From contig CAWITV010000009.1 in NCBI GenBank assembly GCA_963839125.1, positions 106,272-170,271 on the forward strand: DNA of 64,000 nt, in the 5' to 3' direction. Made by a program: the position numbers and the translations under genes. Shown here piece by piece: positions 18,115 to 28,702 of the stretch (its first letter is position 1; every line of letters begins with the position of its first letter). The stretch is from an uncultured Acidobacteriaceae bacterium (GTDB lineage Bacteria; Acidobacteriota; Terriglobia; Terriglobales; Acidobacteriaceae). A model generated the notes under the pieces. It had not been told where the DNA came from, did not search any database, and saw only the letters and a list, made by a program, of their open reading frames with translations.

Positions 18115-19872
18115 TTGGCAGACTTCAAAAATCCTCAACAAGATCCTGGGACGGAGCGGCGGCTACTTCTCGTCTTCGCCCTGACCTTTCTGGTCATAAT
18201 TGTTTTCCAGCCGTTGCTCAAGAGATTTTTCCCACAGCCGGTCGCGCCCACGGTACACGAGCAGGCTCAGAATCGGCCAGCCAATGTAACCCAGTCTTCG
18301 ACGGCGCCATCGGTTGGGCAGCCGCCGTCAGCAAACAATGCGGCAAGTCCCGGCGGTGCGACCAAGCAGGCGAGTTCCGAAGCTGAGACAGTTGTCGAAA
18401 ACGAACTCTATCGCATCACCTTTACCAATCGCGGAGCTTCAGTCAAATCCTGGATCCTGAAAAAGTTTGATGATGATAGCGGACATCCGTTGGAGTTGGT
18501 GAATCGGACGGCATCGGAGAGATACGGCTATCCGCTGGGACTGTGGACCTACGATGAGAATCTTCGCAACAAACTGAATTCAGTTTTATATGCGCAAACT
18601 TCGGGCGCGAGTTCCGGCGGCGCCACCCCCGATATCAGTTTTGAGTACGCGGACGCTGGCATTTCCGTGCGTAAGACGTTTCACTTCGACAAGACCTACG
18701 TCATTCATGTTGAAACATTGGTATCAACTAATGGCAATCAGGTCGCGGCATTTCCGGTGTGGCCGGCCGGCTTCGGAGACCAATCGACTGCGGCTTCGTA
18801 TCACGCCAGTCAGATTGAGTACCAGTATGGCAGCGACACCGAGCGGCTGGACGTTAAGAAAATAAGCGGCGGCAACACCGTCGCCGGACCGTTTAACTGG
18901 GCTGGGGTCAGCGATCCCTACTTCGCGACTGTTTTTATTCCAGACGCTCCGGACTCGTCCATCCTGGTCACACTGCACAATTCTATCGAGATCGCCACCG
19001 ATCCCAAGAAGCCGCAGGACCTTACTAAGACAGATGTTTTAGGCGTTGCGGTTGGCAACGTGAGGGGCGTTAGTGCGGAGCGCGTGTACGTGGGACCGAA
19101 AGCGCTTCAAGTGCTCGAGTCTATTCCGGTGCCGACCATCGCCGGAGCGCCTTCGGATCTTCGCTCGGTCGTCAACTTCGGATTTCTTGGCTTGATTGCG
19201 CGTCCTTTATTTATTTGGCTGCGGTGGACGTATGAGCACGTAGTTCCGAACTGGGGTTGGGCGATCGTTTTACAGACCTTGATTATTTCGCTGGCGCTTT
19301 TGCCGCTGCGAATCTCGAGCATGAAATCGATGCTGAAGATGCAGCGGATTCAGCCGCAGATCAAGGCGATCCAGGAAAAATACAAAAAGTACAGCATGAA
19401 GGATCCGCGCAAGGCGGAGATGAACAAGGAAATTTGGGCGATCCAAAAGCAGGAAGGCGTCAGTCCGGCGGGCGGATGTTTGCCTATGCTGATTCAGATG
19501 CCATTCATCTTTGCTTACTACCGCATGCTTGGAGTCGTGCTCGACTTGCGTCATGCGCATTGGCTCTGGATCAGCGATCTTTCCTCTCGCGATCCTTACT
19601 TTATCCTTCCGATTGCATTGGTAGTCAGCATGGTTGTCACGCAGAGAATGACGCCACAACCAGGCATGGATCCCGCACAGCAGAAGATGATGAATCTGAT
19701 GATGCCGCTGATGATGGGATTTATCTTCTTTAATCTGGCGGCTGGTTTGAACCTGTATTACGCGGAGAGTAATCTGATTTCAATCGCGCAGCAGGCCATT
19801 ATGAATCGCACGAAACTGGGGCGAGAAATGCGCGAGATCGCGTTAAAGAGAGCAAGAAAGAAAAACAGCTAA
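18115..19872 (+). CDS. yidC: Membrane protein insertase YidC
   Basis: N-terminal TM, a large periplasmic P1 domain, and a conserved C-terminal 5-TM core (PLRISSMKSMLKMQRIQPQIKAIQEKYK...). Confidence 0.96.
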   Translation: MADFKNPQQDPGTERRLLLVFALTFLVIIVFQPLLKRFFPQPVAPTVHEQAQNRPANVTQSSTAPSVGQPPSANNAASPGGATKQASSEAETVVENELYRITFTNRGASVKSWILKKFDDDSGHPLELVNRTASERYGYPLGLWTYDENLRNKLNSVLYAQTSGASSGGATPDISFEYADAGISVRKTFHFDKTYVIHVETLVSTNGNQVAAFPVWPAGFGDQSTAASYHASQIEYQYGSDTERLDVKKISGGNTVAGPFNWAGVSDPYFATVFIPDAPDSSILVTLHNSIEIATDPKKPQDLTKTDVLGVAVGNVRGVSAERVYVGPKALQVLESIPVPTIAGAPSDLRSVVNFGFLGLIARPLFIWLRWTYEHVVPNWGWAIVLQTLIISLALLPLRISSMKSMLKMQRIQPQIKAIQEKYKKYSMKDPRKAEMNKEIWAIQKQEGVSPAGGCLPMLIQMPFIFAYYRMLGVVLDLRHAHWLWISDLSSRDPYFILPIALVVSMVVTQRMTPQPGMDPAQQKMMNLMMPLMMGFIFFNLAAGLNLYYAESNLISIAQQAIMNRTKLGREMREIALKRARKKNS

Positions 19873-19900
19873 GAGCTTCGCTGTCTGTGGCAACTTCTCT

Positions 19901-20437
19901 ATGGCTATACCGGACAAAATCGCCGCCGCAAAAAAAATCGACGAATTCCTGCGCAATGTCACAAGTAACGGCGGGCTGCGCTTGCGATATCGAATTACGG
20001 TGGACCCTCCACTGGCGGATGAACGGGATTGGGAACGCCCGGAAATTATGGTCGAACTTTCGGGACCTGACTCTCCGCTTGTTCTCGAACGCGGCGGCGA
20101 GTTGTTGCGTTCGCTCGAATTGCTGGCGCAGGAAATGCTTCGGATTCCAGGCAATGAGCATGAAAAACTTCGCTTCGACTGCATGAACCAGCGCGCTATG
20201 CGACTCGAAGAATTGCGTACAGCGGCGGACGTTGCCGCGGAACGAGTTCGCAAATCGGGAATGCCTTATGAGTTTGCTCCGATGTCATCACGGGAACGCC
20301 GGATCGTGCATCTCGCTTTGCGCGAAAAAGAAGATCTGCGAACGGAAAGCCAGGGCGAAGGCGGAAGACGCTGCCTGGTGGTCTATCCCAAGGACTACAA
20401 GCCGGTCGTGAAACCCTCGGCCAGACGACTTCCCTAA
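19901..20437 (+). CDS. khpB: Jag/KhpB-type RNA-binding protein (KH + R3H domains)
   Basis: R3H motif region SRERRIVHLAL, and position after yidC. Confidence 0.85.
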   Translation: MAIPDKIAAAKKIDEFLRNVTSNGGLRLRYRITVDPPLADERDWERPEIMVELSGPDSPLVLERGGELLRSLELLAQEMLRIPGNEHEKLRFDCMNQRAMRLEELRTAADVAAERVRKSGMPYEFAPMSSRERRIVHLALREKEDLRTESQGEGGRRCLVVYPKDYKPVVKPSARRLP

Positions 20438-20492
20438 ATCAAATCCACTCCGCGAATCACCGCAGCCCACTACAATTTACTTACAGATTGCT

Positions 20493-21905
20493 ATGAATCC
20501 TGATGACACCCTCGTGGCTATTGCTACGCCTCCCGGAAAAGGTGGGATCGGGGTTGTGCGTATTTCCGGGCCGGAAGCGGTGCCGATCGCAATGTCGATG
20601 TTGCGGCTCAAACACCCACTCGAACCTGGACGAGCAATTTTCGGGGAACTGTTCGAGCCTAATTGTCATAACTCTTTGTCGGACGGTCCAGGGCGGGTTT
20701 CCCTGCCGGGCTCGGGGTTGGTGGACCGCATCGACGAAGTAGTGGTCACGTTTTTTGCCAAGCCAAATTCCTACACCACCGACGACGTTGTCGAGATTTC
20801 GGCTCATGGATCCCCGGTAGTTCTGCGGCATGTTGTCGAACTCTGCGTTGCGCGCGGCGCCCGACTTGCCGAGCCGGGAGAATTTACAATGCGAGCCTTT
20901 CTGAATGGACGCATTGACCTCGCGCAAGCTGAAGCGGTTCGCGATCTAATTGAGTCCCAGACCCTTTATCAGGCACAAGTCGCGGCGCAACAGCTGGGCG
21001 GTGCACTTTCTCACCGTCTTTCACCCATGAAGCGAGAGCTGGTTGACCTCATTGCGAACCTCGAGGCGGGCATCGACTTCGCGGAAGATGATATTTCGAT
21101 AATGCCCGGTGACGAGATTTTGCGGCGGATCGAAGCAATTCACAAACCGTTAAAAGAATTGGCAGATTCTTTTGCCTACGGAAAAATTGTTCATGAAGGT
21201 TTAACTCTCGCGATCATTGGCCGGCCTAATGTCGGGAAATCCAGCTTGTTCAATTGTTTGGTGGAACGCGAACGGGCTATAGTTACATCGACTCCGGGCA
21301 CTACCCGCGATCTGGTGACCGAGACTGTTTCCATCGAGGGGATTCCGGTCCGATTGGTCGATACGGCTGGAATTCGTGTCGCGACGGATGAAGCGGAAAG
21401 CATTGGTATACGGAAAACGAAGGAGGCGTTTGCAGACGCTGACCTCGTCCTGGTGGTTTTGGATTCAACCCAGCCAGTGGGCGATGAAGAAATAGAACTG
21501 ATAAATGAAGCTAAGGAACGTCGTGCGATCCTGGTTGAGAATAAAGCGGACCTAGTGGACTTGTTACAGGAAATCCCTGACGCCGGTCTGAAGCGCATAA
21601 AGACCTCGGCAATCACTGGAAAAGGGATCTCTGAATTGCGCAGCGAGATTTTGCGTTACATGCGCGGAAACAGCGGAGCACAGGCCGAGACAGGTTTTCT
21701 GACCAATGTGCGACACCAGAAGTTGACGCAGGATTCTCTGGATGGATTGCAAGCGGCAACCGTGGCAGTGCAAAACAAGATTCCGCATGAAATGCTCCTG
21801 CTGGATTTGTATAGCGCACTGCGTCCGCTCGATGAGATCACCGGCGCGACCACGACGGACGATATTCTCAACTTGATTTTCAGCACATTCTGTATCGGAA
21901 AGTAG
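20493..21905 (+). CDS. mnmE: tRNA modification GTPase MnmE (TrmE)
   Basis: G1 GRPNVGKSS, G3 DTAGIR, G4 NKAD, and a C-terminal FCIGK. Confidence 0.96.
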   Translation: MNPDDTLVAIATPPGKGGIGVVRISGPEAVPIAMSMLRLKHPLEPGRAIFGELFEPNCHNSLSDGPGRVSLPGSGLVDRIDEVVVTFFAKPNSYTTDDVVEISAHGSPVVLRHVVELCVARGARLAEPGEFTMRAFLNGRIDLAQAEAVRDLIESQTLYQAQVAAQQLGGALSHRLSPMKRELVDLIANLEAGIDFAEDDISIMPGDEILRRIEAIHKPLKELADSFAYGKIVHEGLTLAIIGRPNVGKSSLFNCLVERERAIVTSTPGTTRDLVTETVSIEGIPVRLVDTAGIRVATDEAESIGIRKTKEAFADADLVLVVLDSTQPVGDEEIELINEAKERRAILVENKADLVDLLQEIPDAGLKRIKTSAITGKGISELRSEILRYMRGNSGAQAETGFLTNVRHQKLTQDSLDGLQAATVAVQNKIPHEMLLLDLYSALRPLDEITGATTTDDILNLIFSTFCIGK

Positions 21906-21949
21906 AAGCACCGACGATTTCACAGTCCCGCTATATATAAGGAGGCGAA

Positions 21950-22390
21950 ATGGACGCTAATCCGCTAGTGGATGCATTTAATGAGCTGCTGCCTTACTTC
22001 GAGGCCATGGACACCCGGAGCGCGGCCATTCTGGAATATTTAAAAGATAAGCAACATTTGACGGATGAGCAATTTGCTCCTTATTTAGAGCGTGCCGCCA
22101 ACGGTACCAACGTTAAATGGCTGGCTGCGAGAAAGCGCATGGAGTATCTTCTGGCCTCTTTCGGCAAGGAGGCGGCAAAGCCTGAAGAGCGGAAAACCGA
22201 GAAGACGGCGGACAGCAATGAAGAAAAAACAGACGCAAAGAAGGATGTCGAAAAGAAGCCCGAGGAATCCGGACTCGAAATGAAGCCCCCAGCGACGGAA
22301 CGCCACGCCGAGACCAAAGGCGATGATTCGTCCGACAGAGAGGAAAAAGAAGGCGACCCTAAAAAAGGGGCGCCGAAAAAAGACCAATGA
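21950..22390 (+). CDS. Hypothetical protein with Lys/Glu-rich disordered C-terminus
   Basis: Strong RBS AAGGAGG before the ATG. No domain was recognised. Confidence 0.5.
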   Translation: MDANPLVDAFNELLPYFEAMDTRSAAILEYLKDKQHLTDEQFAPYLERAANGTNVKWLAARKRMEYLLASFGKEAAKPEERKTEKTADSNEEKTDAKKDVEKKPEESGLEMKPPATERHAETKGDDSSDREEKEGDPKKGAPKKDQ

Positions 22391-22505
22391 ACTTGCGAAA
22401 ATCTGTCGGCGAGTTTGTCAACAGAATGTCAAAACTGCCGGATTGGCGCGGACTTCGGCTGCGGCGGGAGTAAGCTTGGAAGGTTATTCAACTGTGGAGC
22501 GTCTT

Positions 22506-23279
22506 ATGATCAGAGCTGAATCCAGTGGTGGGTCGGGGAATCCTGGGTTTCCGGGTCCTTTTGACTCCATCCAGCCTACGCCGGGGTACGGACTTTCGAC
22601 GGAACGAATTCTGGTGGTTGAGGATGATCGCGCGGTGCAGAAGGCGCTTAAGCGTCTTTTCGAAGCAGAAGGATTTGCGGTTCAGATTGCGCCGGATGGA
22701 GGTTCGGCGCTGGAAGCATTTCGCGCAACTCCGCCCGCCGCCATCGTCCTCGATTTGCGCCTTCCCACGAAGTCGGGCCGCGAGGTTTGCCAGGAAATAA
22801 AGCGGCAGGCCCCCGCGCTTCCTATTATTGTGCTCAGCGCAGCGACTGACGTTTCGGACAAAGTGCTGTTATTGGAATTGGGGGCGGACGATTATGTGAC
22901 CAAGCCATTCAGCCCCCGTGAGCTGCTGGCCCGAGTTCGCGCCGCTTTGCGTCGCACGAGTACACAGCGAGCCAAAGGCGATTTATATTCCTTTGATGGG
23001 GTAAGCGTAGATTTAGCGAAGATGGAAGTAGTGCGAAATGGCGAGACTATCACGCTGACCGCGCAGGAGTTCAAGACGCTCAAATTTTTGCTGCAAAATG
23101 CGGAGAGGGTCATCACCCGCGATGAGCTGCTGAATCTCGTGTGGGGTTACAACAATTATCCTTCGACCCGGACTGTGGACAATCACATCCTTAAGCTCCG
23201 CCAGAAGCTTGAGACGGATCCGGCGAATCCAGTTCATTTTCGGACGGTACACGGAACCGGTTATAAATTTGTCCCTTAA
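22506..23279 (+). CDS. OmpR-family response regulator
   Basis: REC domain (ILVVEDD...IVLDLRLP...) plus a winged helix ending TVHGTGYKF. I prefer the ATG at 22506 over the ORF-track start at 22323. Confidence 0.9.
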   Translation: MIRAESSGGSGNPGFPGPFDSIQPTPGYGLSTERILVVEDDRAVQKALKRLFEAEGFAVQIAPDGGSALEAFRATPPAAIVLDLRLPTKSGREVCQEIKRQAPALPIIVLSAATDVSDKVLLLELGADDYVTKPFSPRELLARVRAALRRTSTQRAKGDLYSFDGVSVDLAKMEVVRNGETITLTAQEFKTLKFLLQNAERVITRDELLNLVWGYNNYPSTRTVDNHILKLRQKLETDPANPVHFRTVHGTGYKFVP

Positions 23280-23326
23280 TCTCTGTTTTGGATCGCCATT
23301 AGGTAGTTTTCCACAGGAGATTGTTT

Positions 23327-25161
23327 ATGGTGAAACTTCGGCTGCGGACCAAGTTTCTCCTTTCCATGCTGCTGATCTCCGCGGGACTGACCTGCACCAG
23401 CCTGCTGTTGGTTCGCAGCACGGTCAAGCACCAGGTCAAGAATGAAATTTCCGCTGACCTGCAAAATTCCGTCAGCACCTTCCAGAATTTCCAGCAGGAA
23501 CGTGAAATAACACTAAGCCACGCTGCCGATCTTCTCGCCGACTTGCCCAACTTGCGGGCGCTGATGACGACGCATGACGAAGCCACCATTCAGGATGGTT
23601 CTACGGCGTTGTGGCAACTGGCGGGTAGCAATTTATTCGTTCTGGCGGATCCCACCGGTTACGTCGTCGCCATGCAGGCATCATCGTCCGGATTCACTCG
23701 CCAGATGGCCCAGCAATCCCTGGATGAAGCCGAAAAAACGAAGATAAAGCCCACTGGTGGTTTGGTTCGCAGCATTTGTATCAGGTATTCCTGAAGCCAA
23801 TCTATTTCGGACCTGCTTCCGAAAACAAGCTTCTGGGTACGCTCGTGATCGGTTACGAAATTGACGATAGCGTCGCTAATCAGGTGAGCCGAGTGGCCGC
23901 CAGTCAGGTTGCGTTTTATTACAACGACGTAATCGTGCGCAGCACCCTCACACCTCTGCAAGAGACACAACTGGCGCAATCTTCTTTTCGCTGGTCATCT
24001 CCTCCTTCTTTGTCTTCTTCCTCTCCCTCGTTAGGATTGGCCAGAGCCGAAGAAGTGAAATTAGGCGATGAACGTTTCCTGGGAACAGCCCTGGAGTTAT
24101 CTTCGGACAAAACTCAATCGGTTCGCCTGATTGTTCTCAAATCTTACGATCAAGGCACTGCTTTTCTAGATAGCCTTAACCGCTTGCTCTTAGCGCTGGG
24201 ATTGGCTGCCGTGGCCGCCGGCAGCGGGCTGGTGTTTTTAATTTCAGATACCTTTACGCGACCACTGGGCACTCTCGTAGCCGGAGTCAGGGCGTTAGGG
24301 AAGGGTGACTTCAGCTATCCTCTCGACCCCGCTGGAGGCGATGAGGTCGCCGAGGTCACAAGCGCCTTTAACCGGATGCGGGCGAGCTTGCTTAAAACTC
24401 AGCAGGATTTATTGGACGCGGAACGGTTGGCAACTATTGGCCGCATGGCGAGCTCCGTATCGCATGACCTGCGGCACTCTCTCGCAGCTATTGTGGCCAA
24501 TGCGGAATTTCTCTGCGAGAGCCGATTATCGGACCATGAACGGGAAGAACTTTACCAGGAGGTTCGAGTTGCCGTTAACCAGATGACGGATCTCATCGAT
24601 TCGCTGCTGGAATTCTCCCGAACCCGTGAATCTCTGCGTCCTGCTTACGGAGATATAAAGACTTCGGTAGAACATGCGATCCATTTAATTCGCGCCCATC
24701 CCGAATTCCACGACACTCAGATAACGGTCGTTGAAAACGGAACCAGCAGTGGATGGTTTGACCAAAAAAAATTGGAGCGGGCGCTCTTTAATCTTTTACT
24801 CAATGCGTGCGAGGCAATGAGTTCTGCCACTGGCGTAATAACGGTAGAGATAAAAGCACTGGGCGAAGTTGCGCAGATTTGTATTTCAGATAATGGACGG
24901 GGAATTCCAGAATCTATTCGTGCAACTTTGTTCGACCCATTTGTTAGCGCCGGTAAAGAGAATGGCGTCGGTCTTGGGCTGACAGTGGTGCAGAAAATTA
25001 TTCAGGACCACAAAGGGGATATTTCCGTGGAGCGCACGTCCAGCCAGGGCACCGTCTTCAAGATTACTCTTCCTCTACATTCAGTCGGTACGATGGCTCG
25101 CCGGACCGATGAGAGCGGAGATTCTGCCTCTGTGGCAATGCCAATTTCACAGGGAGAGTAA
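23327..25161 (+). pseudogene. Sensor histidine kinase (periplasmic sensor-HAMP-HisKA-HATPase), one frame disruption near the A6 run at 23733-23738
   Basis: GGAGA lies 6 nt before the ATG at 23327. The N-terminal piece ends ...EKTKIK and the downstream frame continues ...HWWFGSQHLYQVFLKPIYFG. H-box SHDLRHSL. N and G boxes are present. Confidence 0.85.
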
Positions 25162-25189
25162 AAATAAGTGATCAGTCAAGCGAGAAAGT

Positions 25190-26848
25190 ATGCGCTGGGA
25201 GGAAACCGTGAATAAAAGAAGATGTCTGCCCAGAGGTGAAAATAGAATTTTCAGTTTGCGGCGCGCGGCGCGCTGGACTCTCCTCGTAATGCTGACGGCT
25301 GGGATTGTCGTGACGACGAAGCAGGTTGCATTTTCGCAAACGACCAGCCCGAGCCTGCCACAGTCCGAAGATCAATCCAAGGCCTCAGCGCAATCTCAAG
25401 GTGGCACCCAATCTCAGGCTCAAGAAATGACCGTGGCCATCCAGGAACTTCAGCAGCAGGTTCGCGAGTTGCGGTCTGTTGTTGCTGACGTTCGATCTCA
25501 AGCGGAGCAGTACCGCGCGGAAACTGAAGCACTTCGGAAAGAGCTTCGCGCGTCGGCCGGTCACAATTCAATGGATACCGCAGCACCACAAGCGTCTATT
25601 GCAGACGAGAGAGGTTCAGCTACCGCTGAACAGAGAGTGAATACGGAAGACGATACGACGCTTTTGAACAGGAAAATTGATGAACAACAACAAATAAAAG
25701 TTGAAAGCGCGTCGAAATATCGAGTTCGTCTCTCCGGCATCGTACTGATGAATATGTTCAGCAATCGGGGCGCGGTCGATAATCTGGATGTTCCAATCTA
25801 TGCGGCTCCGTCATCGGCGAGCACGGTCAAGAGCCTTGGAGCGACTCTAAGGCAATCTGAACTCGGATTGGAAGTGTTTGGCCCACAATTATTTGGCGCA
25901 AAAACCAGCGGCGAAGTGCAATTCGATTTCTCTGGAGGTTTTCCTAATACGCCGGACGGCGTGAACTACGGCCTTGTGCGCTTGCGTACCGGCAGCATGC
26001 GTATGGATTGGAGTGACACTTCGGTGGTGGCAGGCCAGGACGGATTATTTTTCTCTCCTCTGTCTCCTACTTCATTTGCTTCGCTCGCGGTTCCGGCATT
26101 CGCTTACGCCGGCAATCTGTGGGGATGGATACCGCAGGTTCGCGTGGAGCACCGCTTCCAGGTTGGGCAAACCCAAAAGATCACGATACAAGCCGGAGTT
26201 TTAGACAACCTTGCCGGAGAACCTCCTTATGTGCCTTTCGACCGCCAGTCACAACCAGGAGAAGCGACAGCACAGCCTGCATATGCAGCGCGGACAAGCT
26301 GGAGCTCCACCCTCCACGACAGACCCTTGACCATAGGAGTAGCGGGATTTTATGGACGGCAAGATTGGGGATCCGGGCGGCGTATAGATGGGTGGGCTGG
26401 TTTGGCTGATTGGAGCTTTCCCATCATCCCGCGCTGGATTCTCTCAGGCGAATTTTATAGAGGCAGAGCGATAGGCGCCTTGGGAGGAGCCATTGGTCAA
26501 AGCGTCTTATTCGGCGGCAATCCCACGAACCCATCGACCCGCATTCAAGCGTTGCAATCCATTGGAGGATGGTCGCAATTGAAGTACACGCCAATCTCGA
26601 AATTGGAATTCAATGGGGCATTTGGATTGGATAATCCGCTGGCGCGTGACCTTCATGTCTTCAATGGTGGAATTGGAATCTACGGCTCCGCGCTGGCGCA
26701 AAACCGAAGCGGGCTGCTGAATTTTGTATTTCGCCCGCGTTCGAATCTATTGTTTTCGGCGGAATATCGTCACCTTCATACACTGGAAATTTATGGCGCC
26801 ACGAATACTGCCGAGCAATTCAATGTGAGCACCGGGATTATGTTTTGA
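25190..26848 (+). CDS. Outer-membrane porin-like beta-barrel with N-terminal coiled coil
   Basis: Signal-like segment, heptad-like IQELQQQVRELRSVVADVRSQAEQYRAETEALRKELR, then a beta-rich region ending in a terminal Phe (GIMF). Confidence 0.7.
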   Translation: MRWEETVNKRRCLPRGENRIFSLRRAARWTLLVMLTAGIVVTTKQVAFSQTTSPSLPQSEDQSKASAQSQGGTQSQAQEMTVAIQELQQQVRELRSVVADVRSQAEQYRAETEALRKELRASAGHNSMDTAAPQASIADERGSATAEQRVNTEDDTTLLNRKIDEQQQIKVESASKYRVRLSGIVLMNMFSNRGAVDNLDVPIYAAPSSASTVKSLGATLRQSELGLEVFGPQLFGAKTSGEVQFDFSGGFPNTPDGVNYGLVRLRTGSMRMDWSDTSVVAGQDGLFFSPLSPTSFASLAVPAFAYAGNLWGWIPQVRVEHRFQVGQTQKITIQAGVLDNLAGEPPYVPFDRQSQPGEATAQPAYAARTSWSSTLHDRPLTIGVAGFYGRQDWGSGRRIDGWAGLADWSFPIIPRWILSGEFYRGRAIGALGGAIGQSVLFGGNPTNPSTRIQALQSIGGWSQLKYTPISKLEFNGAFGLDNPLARDLHVFNGGIGIYGSALAQNRSGLLNFVFRPRSNLLFSAEYRHLHTLEIYGATNTAEQFNVSTGIMF

Positions 26849-27567
26849 ACAAGGGCATCAGCAAGAGAATTGCGGCCGTTGCTTTTCTGCTCTACGCAGT
26901 TTTTCTTCCCGCGCAGCAGGTGAACCTCTCGGCGCGAGTGGAATTGCTACGTGAGGCTGGCCGGGGGAACAGTCATCATTTTGAGAATGTTCTGTTCTGG
27001 TTGTCGCCCATTGGAGCGCAGGTTTCGCTGTCCCCCGCAAAGCTGAGTTCTGTTCATCCGCGCCTTACTCAACAGAACAAGAGCTTTGAACCTCACTTGC
27101 TGGTCGTTCCAGTGGGAACCGTGGTCGAATTTCCGAACCGCGATCCCTTTTTTCACAATGTCTTTTCGTTATTCGAGGGTAAGCGTTTTGACCTTGGACT
27201 CTACGAAGCCGGGAGTACCCGTGAAGTGGCATTCGATAAGCCCGGCATCTCCTATATTTTCTGCAATATTCACGCCAACATGAGTGCGGTGGTGGTGGCG
27301 CTCGACACGCCTTATTACGGAATTTCAGATCAGCGCGGCGAGGTGATCATACCCAACGTGCCTCTGGGTAGATACACGCTACACATATGGTACGAAACCG
27401 CTCTTCCTCAAGAAATTAAGGCGATGAGCCGCGAGATCAGAGTTCAGGAAAACAGTTCTTCTCTTGGCGTCTTCCGTATGCCGATTGCCGGCATGACAAT
27501 CGCGCACAAGAATAAGTACGGCAAGGATTACGATCCGCCAGCGCCGGATAACCCAGCTTATCCTTAA
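26845..27567 (+). CDS. Secreted cupredoxin-like protein (amicyanin-type Cu ligand spacing) with C-terminal beta-sandwich
   Basis: The start overlaps the porin stop by 4 nt. FPNRDPFFHNVFS (His) and FCNIHANM (C-x2-H-x2-M). RGEVIIPNVPLGRYTLHIW resembles a carboxypeptidase-regulatory-like fold. Confidence 0.7.
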   Translation: MNKGISKRIAAVAFLLYAVFLPAQQVNLSARVELLREAGRGNSHHFENVLFWLSPIGAQVSLSPAKLSSVHPRLTQQNKSFEPHLLVVPVGTVVEFPNRDPFFHNVFSLFEGKRFDLGLYEAGSTREVAFDKPGISYIFCNIHANMSAVVVALDTPYYGISDQRGEVIIPNVPLGRYTLHIWYETALPQEIKAMSREIRVQENSSSLGVFRMPIAGMTIAHKNKYGKDYDPPAPDNPAYP

Positions 27568-27662
27568 CCATAAAGGCTCATGCGGTCGGGAAACAATTTT
27601 ACAATTGCTTTATGGGCTGATGACAATTCTTACAGGCGGATTGCTTAAGGTTATTTAACGTC

Positions 27663-27697
27663 AAACGGGTTTACGCTGCTAACCCGTTTTCTGGTTC
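27663..27697 (+). terminator. Hairpin terminator candidate after the cupredoxin gene
   Basis: AAACGGGTT-9 nt-AACCCGTTT 9-bp stem followed by TCTGGTT. The U-tract is weak. Confidence 0.4.
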
Positions 27698-27753
27698 CCG
27701 GGGGTAAACAAAATCCCCGGGTCCACAAATCCAAGTTAAAGATCTGAGATGGA

Positions 27754-28509
27754 TTATCTGGCGAGAGCCATAATTCGCACCGGACTGACGGCGCGCATTC
27801 CCAGTTTCTCTGGAGATACCATTACTATCGCTCCCTCCACCGGCGCCTGATCGAGATTCACCACGTTTTCCAAAGAATAGACGCTACGCGCGAGAGCGTA
27901 GTTCCTGATGGTGGCATTCTTGCATTTGCAATCGATGTCTGGCGTGTCTATGCCAAGGCTTCGAACGTTTCGTCCTTCGATTAAAAATTGCGCAGCTTCC
28001 TGCGAGTAGCTGGGAAATTCATTTTCCGAATGCGGGGAAGACTGGTCCGACTTCGGTCGCCGCGGCCACCCAGTGAACGCGATGACGATGGAGCCTTGAG
28101 GAATTTCGCCGTGTTCGCGTTCCCACTTGGCGATATCGTGGACCGACAATTGAAATTGAGGGTTGTCGATCGCATCAGCACGAACATCTAGAATCACTAA
28201 TGGCGCAACCAGTCGCTGGGCTGGGATTTGATCCGCCATCCAGAGCGAGGACGAAAACGCCGCCGGAGCGACGAGTCTGGTTTCCGATTGTTCACTTCGC
28301 TCATTATTTTTGCGGCGCACAGGTTCATAGGCCGCGTTCCTCACAACTGCAACTCTGTCCGCCCGATGCGCGGCAGGAGTTGAAGGCGGGGCGCTGAGGT
28401 CAATCACCCTGGAAAATCCAGTCAGCGCGACAGGATTCACGGATTGCTTGCCAAACAGCAAAAGCGCGAGGGCAAAAACGTACCCGGCGACCAGAGTTTT
28501 TATTCTCAT
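27754..28509 (-). CDS. Cyclase/kynurenine-formamidase-family protein, apparently lacking the metal-binding His/Asp motif
   Basis: Signal peptide; family-like VIDLS, GSIVIAFTGW and LGIDTPDID. The expected GTHxDAPAHF position reads ETRLVAPAAF. Confidence 0.6.
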   Translation of the reverse strand: MRIKTLVAGYVFALALLLFGKQSVNPVALTGFSRVIDLSAPPSTPAAHRADRVAVVRNAAYEPVRRKNNERSEQSETRLVAPAAFSSSLWMADQIPAQRLVAPLVILDVRADAIDNPQFQLSVHDIAKWEREHGEIPQGSIVIAFTGWPRRPKSDQSSPHSENEFPSYSQEAAQFLIEGRNVRSLGIDTPDIDCKCKNATIRNYALARSVYSLENVVNLDQAPVEGAIVMVSPEKLGMRAVSPVRIMALAR

Positions 28510-28702
28510 GAAAAAACCGAATGTTATTTAGTTAGACGAAGCTGGCGGTCCAGAGTTTCTTCTAAATTGTTAAAGAAGCATAAAAAGATATCCACGTGTC
28601 TTATCTTCTTAATCTCTTTATTTTCTATGCTGTCTGTGAAGCCTTCAATGACCAATGGGGCATGGCCTGGTGGATAAACACTAAAACCCTCGAAGCGGAT
28701 GG

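Noticed and set aside
22323-22505. Lys/Arg-rich 61-aa N-terminal extension of the OmpR-type regulator, overlapping the previous gene.
   Set aside because: The extension is the alternate-frame reading of the Lys/Glu-rich tail of ORF 21950-22390. The receiver domain begins shortly after the ATG at 22506.
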